From Desulfovibrionales bacterium (lineage in GTDB: Bacteria; Desulfobacterota; Desulfovibrionia; Desulfovibrionales; Desulfovibrionaceae), in contig CBCOTE010000001.1 of the NCBI GenBank assembly GCA_965112965.1, positions 1 through 32,000 on the forward strand: 32,000 nucleotides of DNA, in the 5' to 3' direction. The notes below the pieces were generated by a model. It was not told the DNA's origin, made no database searches, and saw only the letters and a list, made by a program, of their open reading frames with translations. Positions 23,366 to 32,000 of the stretch are shown piece after piece (position 1 is the stretch's first letter; every line of letters begins with the position of its first letter). A program made the position numbers and the translations under genes.

Positions 23366-23715
23366 GTCCTTTTCTTTTTTTTCGGGATACCCATCATAAA
23401 AATTGTCATATCTTTGACTATAGTCACGTTGCTGACCGCTTCCCCGTCCTAACAAAACTTATCCAATCTCAAGTAGCAGCAAAAGCGACACGTCCAAAGC
23501 CTCATTGTTTTTTTGCATCAAAAAAAACTACCCTTCCTGCCCGACTGCGTACGTCAGCAGCCAAAAAAAACAAATAGCCCCTCATCGCCCCGAGATGCAC
23601 TCATAGCAACCGCAATCCTTTCTTAAGAGAGACTCCATGCAACGCATAATATTTCTGACTATATTCCGCGTTGCCGACCGCTTCTCAGGCCCTTACTGAC
23701 TTCTCCAACTTCACG
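23366..23715. repeat. Degenerate direct repeat, two copies about 241 bp apart
   Basis: Core copy A at 23411-23443 is tctttgactatagtcacgttgctgaccgcttcc. Core copy B at 23652-23685 is tttctgactatattccgcgttgccgaccgcttct. They share tgactata, then 17 nt with 2 mismatches. Weaker similarity extends about 40 bp on both flanks. Confidence 0.5.
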
Positions 23716-24865
23716 GCCAAAATAAATGCTCAAGATGGTCCTAACTCACATTAAGAAAGCCTGATTTATAGCCAAAACTGAAGCTAAATTAAAACTAGAG
23801 TTAAATTGGTCAAAAAGCTGCATCATCTGCACGCCAACTATCAAGGATAGGTAACTCGATGCTCCTCAGCAAGTGCCATCCATAGTGATCGCCCACCGAA
23901 TACGCCACGCTCGGCATCCGTATACAACAATAGTAACGCCAACAGCTTGCAGTTACGTGGTCCAGGAATCCTGAGATATAATGATTCAGCCAAAGACGTA
24001 TCTGTACGAACAGTCCATTTTTCACGAGATACATCGATACACTCAGTCATCAATAAAAATAAAAAAGAACCTAGCCATTTCGACCGTTTAGGTACTAGTT
24101 GAAATCTAGCCCGGGTATACCAAAAAAAAGCACGCACGACAAATATTCGGCGCGTAATTCATAGTCCGGACTAACGTAAAAGGTCCTTAACAGGCTCTTT
24201 TAACTTCTAAAGTACCGGGCCACCATTATCCCTACCTCGTAACCATACACTGTACAATGAACACTATTCTCACTCGCTGATACTCAAGCCATGAAAATGA
24301 CCAGGTTGTAGTTAAATATCTAGATCCTAAACAAGACTGCCTGATGCTACAAAAAAAAGACAAGATAGCCGACCAGCGCATTAAGACCTCACATGACCAG
24401 TAAACTCATATGGATAATTCTCAGAATAAAAAATGCCGTGGTTACAGCAAAAAAATAATGACACTGTCTTTAGAGCCGGCATGAACTGCCAGTCAGGTGA
24501 GGCCGTAGCCACGCCGATGCAGTCGACCTCTGGTCACCCAATAGAACGCGCTGACACTCGGAAGATATTCAGACATTTAAATAAAGCGTCAATTACGATT
24601 TAGACACTGATTGTATAAGTCTACAGACACAAAAGAAGATACAAAAAACACAGCAGTTGATGATCAATAACATAAGGTCGTAACATAAATAAAAGGAATG
24701 ACTTAGCGGCCCTAGCCAGAATTTCTATGAAAACGCAGTAAAAAATGTAAAGCAATTAATAAGGATGGAATTAATACAACACAAAAAACTTAAGATACCA
24801 AAAAAATTGAAAAAATTGTGTCAAATTATAGAGGAGTGGTCTGCAAAAAAACTGTGGAATGGATT

Positions 24866-25264
24866 CTAGCTCGGACCATCCTCCTCATCCTGTGCATCAA
24901 CGATCTTGGCGGGCAGCACAACTTGCCGAAAGGCTAACACATTTGATTTCTTCTTGCAGCTCTGGAGGACCGAAGGTAGGGTCTCCAGAGGCAATTTAAT
25001 ATCATCTGGCAGACAGACCCTGTCGTCTTCGACTAAAGTAAGCAGTAACCGGTTTGAATTAACGACTGTAGACCAATTGTAGTTAAAAAGTTGATTCTTC
25101 CAGCGCAATCCCTGAATAAATGATAGCACCAGCGTCGCAGTCTCCCAATGTTGGGTAGGTTCGAAGTCACGCACGATGGCCGCGTACTTATCCCACAAGG
25201 ACATGAGCGAAGCCTCGTCGTAGGCATTGAGCTGACGCGCTAAACGTAGCAGTATCTTTTCCAT
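24866..25264 (-). CDS. Hypothetical protein (orphan, family not recognised)
   Basis: 132-aa ORF forming a GC-richer island flanked by A-rich DNA. Balanced, protein-like composition (MEKILLRLARQLNAYDEASLMSLWDKYAAIVRDFEPTQHWE...) with an acidic C-terminus. A G-rich stretch lies just upstream of the ATG. Confidence 0.55.
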   Translation of the reverse strand: MEKILLRLARQLNAYDEASLMSLWDKYAAIVRDFEPTQHWETATLVLSFIQGLRWKNQLFNYNWSTVVNSNRLLLTLVEDDRVCLPDDIKLPLETLPSVLQSCKKKSNVLAFRQVVLPAKIVDAQDEEDGPS

Positions 25265-25342
25265 CCCGACCCCCCCATAACTGCTCCACAGCGGGCATCA
25301 TAATATAAACCAAAAAACGGCATTTGCTGATCTTGACCAATT

Positions 25343-26244
25343 GTGTTACTATTCTATTATTCTGCGGAATGTAAGTATAAACAATTAAAAAAAATGTACA
25401 AGGCCAACCAGAGCAACTACTTCCAAAAGGATCTGACTTTACATCTGGGGAACCAAGAGCTCAGACTCACAAAATATACTTGGACCATCGCGGCGAAATA
25501 TATAATCTACGCTACGGTGAGAACCTTGATCAGTCAGCAGCGCTCTATGGGCTCACCAGTGGTAGGCTGACCCTAGATAACGTGATCTTCCACGGCCCTG
25601 GACAAAAAAACTCGTGACTGCCTTATCTAAAGAATATATGTTACAAATCAAAGAAGATCAACCTCACAGACTTGTAAAATTACATCAACATACTTCAGCA
25701 ACTTACAACAAAATAAGAGACCGTAGTGCTCAAGTACAACAACTCAAGTGGCGCAGCTTGGATCAACGAAGGCATACTGCGACGCTGGAGCGCGCTGTAC
25801 AAGCCAACTTCATCACGGCCTTCAGTGCATTATTGTAGCGAACCGATTCTATATACGGCCACCTATGAAATCATCGATACCAACTACTTTGAGGTAGCGG
25901 CTGCACCTGATTACAAGTCAAGGGCACTAAGCACTATCAAGAAACGAAAAAACTTGCGCGTCCTGCGCATCCCAGACTTGGCTAACCTTGCCGACCTAGC
26001 CTGCAAACACTTCCTGGACGTCAAATCACTTATGGACGACGACATAGTGTTCCAGGCATCAACCTGCAATCGCACCAGCATAACTGCAGACTTCCTGCCC
26101 GCCACGGCGAAACATGCTTGTCGTATTCTCAAAGCCCGCACCATCACCCTTACCGAGACCAACGACCTGCTCTTTATCTGGGCCGTGGAAACCAGAATAA
26201 CATCCAGCTCGGTTATTTTCGCTAAACATGGCATGCCCCCCTAG
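25343..26244 (+). pseudogene. Possible frameshifted plus-strand gene (three staggered ORFs); the last ORF may still be functional
   Basis: ORFs 25343-25570, 25614-25838 and 25726-26244 follow one another in the three different plus frames. The 172-aa last ORF is protein-like (…EIIDTNYFEVAAAPDYKSRALSTIKKRKNLRVLRIPDLANLADLACKHFLDVKSLMDDD…). No family recognised. Confidence 0.3.
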
Positions 26245-26579
26245 CCATAGGCATAAGAGAAGAAGGCCTGGGCTTGATAAACTACGTAGAGCTGGCCACC
26301 CACAACGCCTACACCAAGTACACCGATATCTTGAATTTTACTAAACACGAACTCTCCTTCTATGACCTTAAGGTAAAAGCAGCCAAAGAAGAAAAAAAAT
26401 GCCAAGACCTTAATAAACATCAAGACACGCACGGCCAAGGCCAAAACTGATCTCACCAGTTCGATACTCGTATCCAACAGCTTCTTATCTTTTTTTGCGA
26501 CGGCATAAATCTGGCGCTGGCTCAAATGGTGACGGCTATCGCACAGCCCGGAGACTCCATCTACCGATATTTCAAACAC
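26241..26579 (-). CDS. Hypothetical small hydrophobic protein (doubtful)
   Basis: 112-aa ORF with two hydrophobic stretches, SVLALAVRVLMFIKVLAFFFFFGCFYL and IGVLGVGVVGGQLYVVY. Its start is only 20 nt from the divergent RNase II start, it is AT-rich, and it contains a T8 tract. Confidence 0.2.
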   Translation of the reverse strand: MFEISVDGVSGLCDSRHHLSQRQIYAVAKKDKKLLDTSIELVRSVLALAVRVLMFIKVLAFFFFFGCFYLKVIEGEFVFSKIQDIGVLGVGVVGGQLYVVYQAQAFFSYAYG

Positions 26580-26599
26580 TAAACTACTGATAGAGCCGT

Positions 26600-28738
26600 A
26601 TGAACATAATTACTGGAAGTGTCTACCGTCCAGCCCCAGGATGCTTAGCGGAACTTATACTACACGACCGGCCACTCATAGCCTGGGTGATGGCAGAGGC
26701 CGGCGGCCAGCTGCGGCTGGTGACCGTTACTAAACGCGAATTAAAATTATCCGTATCCCGGCTCTTGCCCTGGCTCGGGCCGCAGCGTACAGCCGGAGCC
26801 AGCCGACAGGCTGTCCAGGATGAATTAGAAGTCCGCCAGGCCGAGCGCGAGCGCCTGGCCGCAAGAATTGATCCACTGGAAATTTGGAAACTAGCTCTGG
26901 GCGAGTTGTCTAAAGCCCGACCTGAATGGTTTGCCGAACTTTTATGGGAACGGCCGGATCTAGACCATGTAGCGGCCATAGGCCGAACACTCCTAGCCTG
27001 TAAGACCCACTTTCGCTTCCGTCCGCCGGATTTTGAAGTTTTTCCAGCGGAGCTTGTAGAAGCGCGCTTAGCCGCGCAGCAGGCGGCTGAGGAATGTGAA
27101 CGGCTAGCCACGGTCGGCCGCAGCTTCTTCTTGAAACTATGGGCCGTGGCCCAGGATAGGCAGGCTGAACCACCCACACCACCAACTGACCCCGGCCTGA
27201 GCAAACAACTAGAAACACTTCTGAAGCACCGTCTGACTAAGCCCGAAGACGCCGAGTCCAAAACCGTATGGGATTTGGTACAAAAAGGCCTGCCTGAGCA
27301 TCCCCACCAAGCCCTCTTGTTAGCCCAGGCCTGGGGCCTGATACCGGCGCACTATAACCAATACCTGGAACAGGCTGGCTACACTGCTGGCGATGCCTGG
27401 GCCATGACCTTCACTGCCGAGATTGCGGCACAGCGAAAGGCCTTCGATCTGATACGCCGGACGCCCGAAATCCTGGATCTGATCAGTATAGACAGCCCCA
27501 CTACCCGAGATATCGACGACGCTTTTGCAGTGACACGCCGGGAAAACGGCAAATTTGATATCCGTATTGCCCTAGCTTGTCCGGCCTTGGCCTGGGAGAT
27601 CAACTCACCTATGGATCAAGTCGTAGCCGAACGCAGCACAAGTCTCTATCTACCCGAAGGCACCAGCCACATGCTACCTGAGGCCCTAGGCACAGACCTC
27701 TTTAGCCTATGGACCGGAAAGGACCGGCCGGTACTACTACTGGAGATCTCCGTGAATACCTTCGGGGACATCACCGCCTACGCCGTACCACGCCTGACCT
27801 GGGTCCGAGTGGCAGCTAACTTGAGTTATGAGATGGTGGAGGCGAACTATACAGGCGACAAAGCATCCGCTGCCAAGCCCTTCACTGCTTCACTAGAAGC
27901 AGGACTGATCCTAGCTGAAGCGCTACGAGCGCGACGTATCAGACATGGGGCCACGGTAATTGAACGTAATGAGCCTGAAATCGTACTCAAAGGTCTGGAT
28001 ATAAATGACGGCCAAAATCTAACCGTACTACTAGGTCCGAGGCCGGACACACCTCGAGCACAGCTCCTAGTGAGCGAACTCATGATCCTAGCCAATGAGG
28101 CTACGGCGGCCTGGGCTAGCTGTGTTAGTATTAGAGACGGTCATGATGTCAGGATGCCGCTGCCCCTTATTCATCGCACCCAGGTAGCCAGCCTCAAAGC
28201 CGAGCAAGCCGGAATATTGAACACTCCTCTAGACGTCTACCGAGCGGTCAAGGCCATGGGTAACTCGCAGCTGGAGGTAACTACGCGACCGCACAGTGGA
28301 TTAGGGGTGCCACTCTACGCGTTAATCTCCTCTCCGCTACGGCGCTATACGGACCTGCTGAACCTCATACAGATACTCCACTATCTAGCTCACGGCTCCC
28401 CTCGCTGGGACCACGAAGCTCTCAAGGCCAGACTAACCGCCCTGAACACTAGACTAGAATCAGTGAGCCGAATACAACGCTTCCGGACACGCTATTGGAA
28501 GCTGCTCTATTGCAAGCAGCAGGCAGACAAACGCCGCTTTTTAGGAGTATTAATAGAAAAGAACCAGTATTTCGTTACAATAGCGCTGCCGGCGGAGCAA
28601 CTCTTCGTACGTGGCCCGCACCAACTGTTCGGAGACAAATGCGTACCAGGTACAGCCTACACCCTCAATCTTGGCCGTATCAATCCCATGGGCAACGAAA
28701 TCCACATCATCGATGCCGAGGCAGTGGAGACCATATAG
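26600..28738 (+). CDS. RNB-domain 3'-5' exoribonuclease (RNase II/R family)
   Basis: 712-aa ORF. RNB motif I in ISIDSPTTRDIDDAFAV. Also HSGLGVPLYALISSPLRRYTDLLN, the conserved RNB C-terminal motif. The C-terminal ~80 aa are S1-like. Confidence 0.9.
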   Translation: MNIITGSVYRPAPGCLAELILHDRPLIAWVMAEAGGQLRLVTVTKRELKLSVSRLLPWLGPQRTAGASRQAVQDELEVRQAERERLAARIDPLEIWKLALGELSKARPEWFAELLWERPDLDHVAAIGRTLLACKTHFRFRPPDFEVFPAELVEARLAAQQAAEECERLATVGRSFFLKLWAVAQDRQAEPPTPPTDPGLSKQLETLLKHRLTKPEDAESKTVWDLVQKGLPEHPHQALLLAQAWGLIPAHYNQYLEQAGYTAGDAWAMTFTAEIAAQRKAFDLIRRTPEILDLISIDSPTTRDIDDAFAVTRRENGKFDIRIALACPALAWEINSPMDQVVAERSTSLYLPEGTSHMLPEALGTDLFSLWTGKDRPVLLLEISVNTFGDITAYAVPRLTWVRVAANLSYEMVEANYTGDKASAAKPFTASLEAGLILAEALRARRIRHGATVIERNEPEIVLKGLDINDGQNLTVLLGPRPDTPRAQLLVSELMILANEATAAWASCVSIRDGHDVRMPLPLIHRTQVASLKAEQAGILNTPLDVYRAVKAMGNSQLEVTTRPHSGLGVPLYALISSPLRRYTDLLNLIQILHYLAHGSPRWDHEALKARLTALNTRLESVSRIQRFRTRYWKLLYCKQQADKRRFLGVLIEKNQYFVTIALPAEQLFVRGPHQLFGDKCVPGTAYTLNLGRINPMGNEIHIIDAEAVETI

Positions 28739-28892
28739 TCGTTAGTTTGAAAAACAGCCTAAGTGACCCGGCGCCCGCTACCTTGTTACCATAGTATACA
28801 TAGACACAATCAAAATAGAGTTACGTCTTATATCCCAGACAAGTCGACCTAGAAGAACCATATATCCACCCAGAAATTAGCATAGATCCTTT

Positions 28893-29426
28893 TCACCGCT
28901 GCGCCGGCACACTCCCTTCCAGTTCAAGAAGAAATATCTTCATGGCCTGCCCGGCACCGGAAAAATGCCCTACCCGGCCTGAGGCCGGAAGAACACGGTG
29001 GCAGGGCACCACAAGGGGCCATGGGTTAGTAGCCATAACTTGACCCACTGCCCGCGCTGCACCAGGACTGCCACAACGGGCGGCTAACTCGCCGTAGCGT
29101 ACCGTCTGCCCTGAACTAAAATCAGCACGCAGCCGCTCCAATACTCGCCTGGTAAAAGCCGGTAAACCTTCCCAAGCCAAGGGTAACTCAGGCCAAACTA
29201 CCCGACCCATAGACACATACAACCCTACTGACTCTCGTAACGCCATAGACGCCACTGAAAGGGGCAAAGTCGCCGCCCCATCTTGCTGCCTCTCGGACCA
29301 GCCCAATTCCAGCCGTACCAGCTGCCCCTTCTCCCAGTGGCAAACCAGAGCTAACGGTTTGGATATTATATACTCTTTCCCGGACATCAACCCAGCTAGC
29401 GCTTTTTTCGTCCGCTGCATACCCAT
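28893..29426 (-). CDS. ogt: Methylated-DNA-[protein]-cysteine S-methyltransferase
   Basis: 177-aa ORF. Active-site PCHRV in VVPCHRVLPASGRVGHFSG, preceded by the helix-turn-helix-like YGELAARCGSPGAARAVGQVMATNP. The exact start is uncertain (M1, M3 or M14). Confidence 0.85.
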   Translation of the reverse strand: MGMQRTKKALAGLMSGKEYIISKPLALVCHWEKGQLVRLELGWSERQQDGAATLPLSVASMALRESVGLYVSMGRVVWPELPLAWEGLPAFTRRVLERLRADFSSGQTVRYGELAARCGSPGAARAVGQVMATNPWPLVVPCHRVLPASGRVGHFSGAGQAMKIFLLELEGSVPAQR

Positions 29427-29481
29427 TCCTCCAGATTCGTAGTTTTTCTGCTGCCCGCACCGAACACGGCGGAGCCTGGCA

Positions 29482-29511
29482 TTGACAACTCTACAGCCTC
29501 GGGACTAAAAT
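29482..29511 (+). promoter_or_regulatory. Candidate sigma70-type promoter for the SOD gene
   Basis: TTGACA (29482-29487), an 18-nt spacer, then TAAAAT (29506-29511), inside the ogt/sod divergent region. Sequence match only. Confidence 0.35.
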
Positions 29512-29587
29512 GAAATATTGAAAATTTGGCCCTAGGCCTTCCATGCCCTACAAGATCACTATGAACCATCATAACATCATCAACAAT

Positions 29588-30310
29588 ATGAACCGCCGTA
29601 CTTTTCTCAACCTTGCTGCAGGTGTCGCCGCTACAGCTAGTATCTTCAGATTCACTACCTCCGTTCGAGCCCAGGATCACCCAGACATGTTAGCTGCCAG
29701 CCCCATCGCTCTACCACCCCTGCCCTGGCCTATAGACTCTCTGGCCACAACCATATCGGCCCGAACCATTGAATTCCACTACGGCAAACACCACTCCGCC
29801 TATGTCAAAAAAACTAACGAACTCCTTAAAGACTTCCATGTTGAGGCTACCCAGCTAGAAGATATTATCCTCCAAACTGTCAACGATCCAACTAAGATTT
29901 CCCTCTTCAATAATGCCGCCCAGGTTTGGAACCACACCTTCTTTTGGCACTCCCTTCGGTCCAAAAATAACCTCGAACCAACTAATAATCTACGTAAAGC
30001 CATTGTTGATATGTTCGGCTCCGTGGAAAACTGTAAACGCAAACTCGCCGAACTCGCTATAAGTCGCTTTGGCAGCGGCTGGGTTTGGCTCTCCATAAAG
30101 GACGGTATTCTAGCCTGCACGGCTACTGCTAACGCCGACACCCCACTGGCACACGGTTTCGCACCCCTACTCTGCATCGACGTTTGGGAGCATGCCTACT
30201 ACCTTGACTACCAAAACCGCAGAGCCGATTATATCCATATGGTCCTCGACAACATTCTCAATTGGGATTTTGCCGCTCAAAATTTCGCCGCTGCCACGCA
30301 CATGATATAA
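29588..30310 (+). CDS. sodB: Fe/Mn-family superoxide dismutase with a twin-arginine (Tat) signal peptide
   Basis: ORF opens at 29543. The start is chosen at M16 because MNRRTFLNLAAGVAATASIFRFTTSVRA is a textbook Tat signal. SOD motifs: HYGKHH, WNHTFFW and DVWEHAYYLDYQNRR. A periplasmic Fe-SOD is known in Desulfovibrio. Confidence 0.9.
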   Translation: MNRRTFLNLAAGVAATASIFRFTTSVRAQDHPDMLAASPIALPPLPWPIDSLATTISARTIEFHYGKHHSAYVKKTNELLKDFHVEATQLEDIILQTVNDPTKISLFNNAAQVWNHTFFWHSLRSKNNLEPTNNLRKAIVDMFGSVENCKRKLAELAISRFGSGWVWLSIKDGILACTATANADTPLAHGFAPLLCIDVWEHAYYLDYQNRRADYIHMVLDNILNWDFAAQNFAAATHMI

Positions 30311-31430
30311 CGGAAACAACTGTAAAAATGCAGAATGAGAATTTTTTTTACAAAAAACTCCTTGCATTCCTTTTTAGCTACCCTCACATTTCGTTCAAAA
30401 AAATCTTATTACTATTACGAGATAATATAGAAACAAGGGAGTGTTAGGCCATTTGTAATCTAACTTTTTTTGAGTAAGTAAAAGATTCTCTGTCATTATA
30501 CAAAAAAAATATACTCTATAGATATTGTCACTCCAGCCAAGCTCAACTTTTATACCCTAGTAGGACTTACTCTTTTAATCCTATATCTTCTTATTTTGCA
30601 TCATCGCAGGTGTCAAAGTTTACTGACGGGCCATAACTCATTTTTTTGGCCTAGAAACAAGAATTATATATGACCAGAAGGCTACCGAACGCAAACAAAT
30701 CCTTTATCGCTGGGATATCCTCGTTTTCGAGCTCTTCTTCCTCCTCCACGATGGCTACTTCCATATTATATGACCCAGATTCTCCAGTTTTACGGCAACA
30801 TAGTAAAAAATTTCCAAAAAAAATGTTTAAATAATTGTACTCATAAAATGGTCCAGCAATCCGACACACTCCAGCAGTCTCAGACTTATCCTAACTTAAC
30901 TACTAATCACGGCGATAAGTCAGTATAATAATATAGCCGGCCATTGCCCATCATATCCGAATTGACCACTGCGTTACGGTTAATACATTTATAGCCTGAA
31001 ACCCAAAGGAGCAAACGTTAAAAATTTGACTGCTAGACATTATAAACTTCCTTCTGCTAAACCGCTAGCGGCTGCCTAAATCCCTATTAAGCGTACAAAA
31101 AAATATTAAAATCGAGATACCAAAGCAGATGAGGTCAATAATTTTTGTCGCCATCCTCGGAATTGTCTAGTCTAGGTGTCAATATATAAATATTAACCTT
31201 GACTTCCTCCAAACAGCTCTGCCGAGTGTGTAGTCAAATCATTACAGACAAGAATCTTTTGCACCCTACTAGTTCAGGTCGGAAATATACATCAATACTC
31301 AACGTATATATCCACGTACGTCACAAATTCCAATTCAGCAGTAAGACGCATCCAATGTGCCCTTCCCCACTTCTTTCATCCTAAAATTTCCAGGCGGCCA
31401 ACGTTAAATAAAGAGCCACACAAAATTGCT

Positions 31431-32000
31431 ATGGACACACCTGGAGATAAACAGACCATACGCACCACTTTCCTAGCATGGCGTCAAATGCTGGATCCAG
31501 CTATAGTACGGGAGCATTCCGAACGCATACAGTGGCAGGTGTTGGCATTGTCCGACTGGATCACAGCCCGTACCGTGTTGCTCTACATGCCCTTCCGCAA
31601 CGAGGTAAACACTGGTACACTCCTCAATGCTGCCTGGGCTGCAGGCAAACAGGTTTTTCTCCCACGTTGCCGGCCCAATACCAAAAACTGTCTTGAGCTA
31701 GTCTGCGTGACCGATCTGACTGTGATCCAGCCCGGCGCCTACGGCATTCACGAACCAGATCAAAATATCTGCCCAGCTGATAAAGACTATATACCAGACC
31801 TAGTGGCTGTCCCGGCCGTGGCTTTCGACCGCTGCGGCTTCCGTTTAGGCTACGGTGGCGGCTACTACGACCGCTATCTAGCCGGCCTGCCACGGACTAC
31901 TCATGAAACATCCAGGACCGTAGGTTTGGCCTATAGCTTTCAAATACTAGACCGGATTCCTGCAGACCCATGGGACCAACCCATAAATATATTGGCCACG
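31431..32000 (+). CDS. ygfA: 5-formyltetrahydrofolate cyclo-ligase (3' end beyond the window)
   Basis: Not in the ORF track because no stop is reached. Hand translation from the ATG at 31431 gives MDTPGDKQTIRTTFLAWRQMLDP...LLYMPFRNEVNT...VFLPRC...AVPAVAFDRCGFRLGYGGGYYDRYL...PWDQPINILAT. GYGGGYYDR is the family signature. Confidence 0.85.
   Translation, partial: MDTPGDKQTIRTTFLAWRQMLDPAIVREHSERIQWQVLALSDWITARTVLLYMPFRNEVNTGTLLNAAWAAGKQVFLPRCRPNTKNCLELVCVTDLTVIQPGAYGIHEPDQNICPADKDYIPDLVAVPAVAFDRCGFRLGYGGGYYDRYLAGLPRTTHETSRTVGLAYSFQILDRIPADPWDQPINILAT

Larger units (their letters stand above)
20889..24865. other. ORF-poor tract with mixed strand composition (probable eroded DNA)
   Basis: 4.0 kb with only 66-98 aa motif-less ORFs. 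The strong A>T, C>G bias seen further left relaxes here: 21181-21240 is A13 T16 G18 C13. Contains broken protein-like frames (21434-21595) and a degenerate direct repeat (23366-23715). Confidence 0.45.

Noticed and set aside
26623-27261. 212-aa minus-strand ORF, the longest unassigned ORF in the track
   Set aside because: It lies entirely antisense to the RNase II gene. Its composition is dominated by S, R and A with no motif, so it is a shadow ORF.

Overview
The window looks like a bacterial chromosome segment in advanced reductive erosion. Twelve convincing protein genes and one tRNA cover about 11.8 kb of 32 kb (~37%). They sit as GC-rich islands in kb-scale, A-rich tracts that lack long ORFs.

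Recognisable genes:
- Minus strand: rlmN, a secreted tandem-repeat protein with a DUF1134/EipA-like C-terminal domain, dinB, tlyA, a tight coaX-eno-folD cluster, an orphan 132-aa ORF, and ogt.
- Plus strand: tRNA-Arg(UCG), an RNase II/R-family exoribonuclease, a Tat-signal Fe/Mn superoxide dismutase, and a 5-formyltetrahydrofolate cyclo-ligase. The cyclo-ligase runs off the right edge and is absent from the ORF track.

From memory, the enolase, the exported SOD and RlmN resemble Desulfovibrionaceae proteins. This is an inference, not a search result.

I found no mobile element, CRISPR array, rRNA, or recognisable defence or secretion operon.

The observations most worth a second look:
1. The island-and-sea architecture itself.
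2. A base-perfect 15 x 39-bp in-frame tandem repeat in the secreted protein gene.
3. A strand-asymmetric excess of A6-A9 homopolymers in the eroded DNA.
4. Datable pseudogene relics, including a 161-codon frame broken by a single TAG.
5. Small orphan ORFs and a degenerate direct repeat at 23-26.6 kb, where gene orientation flips.

All family assignments rest on motifs read by eye and need HMM or BLAST confirmation.
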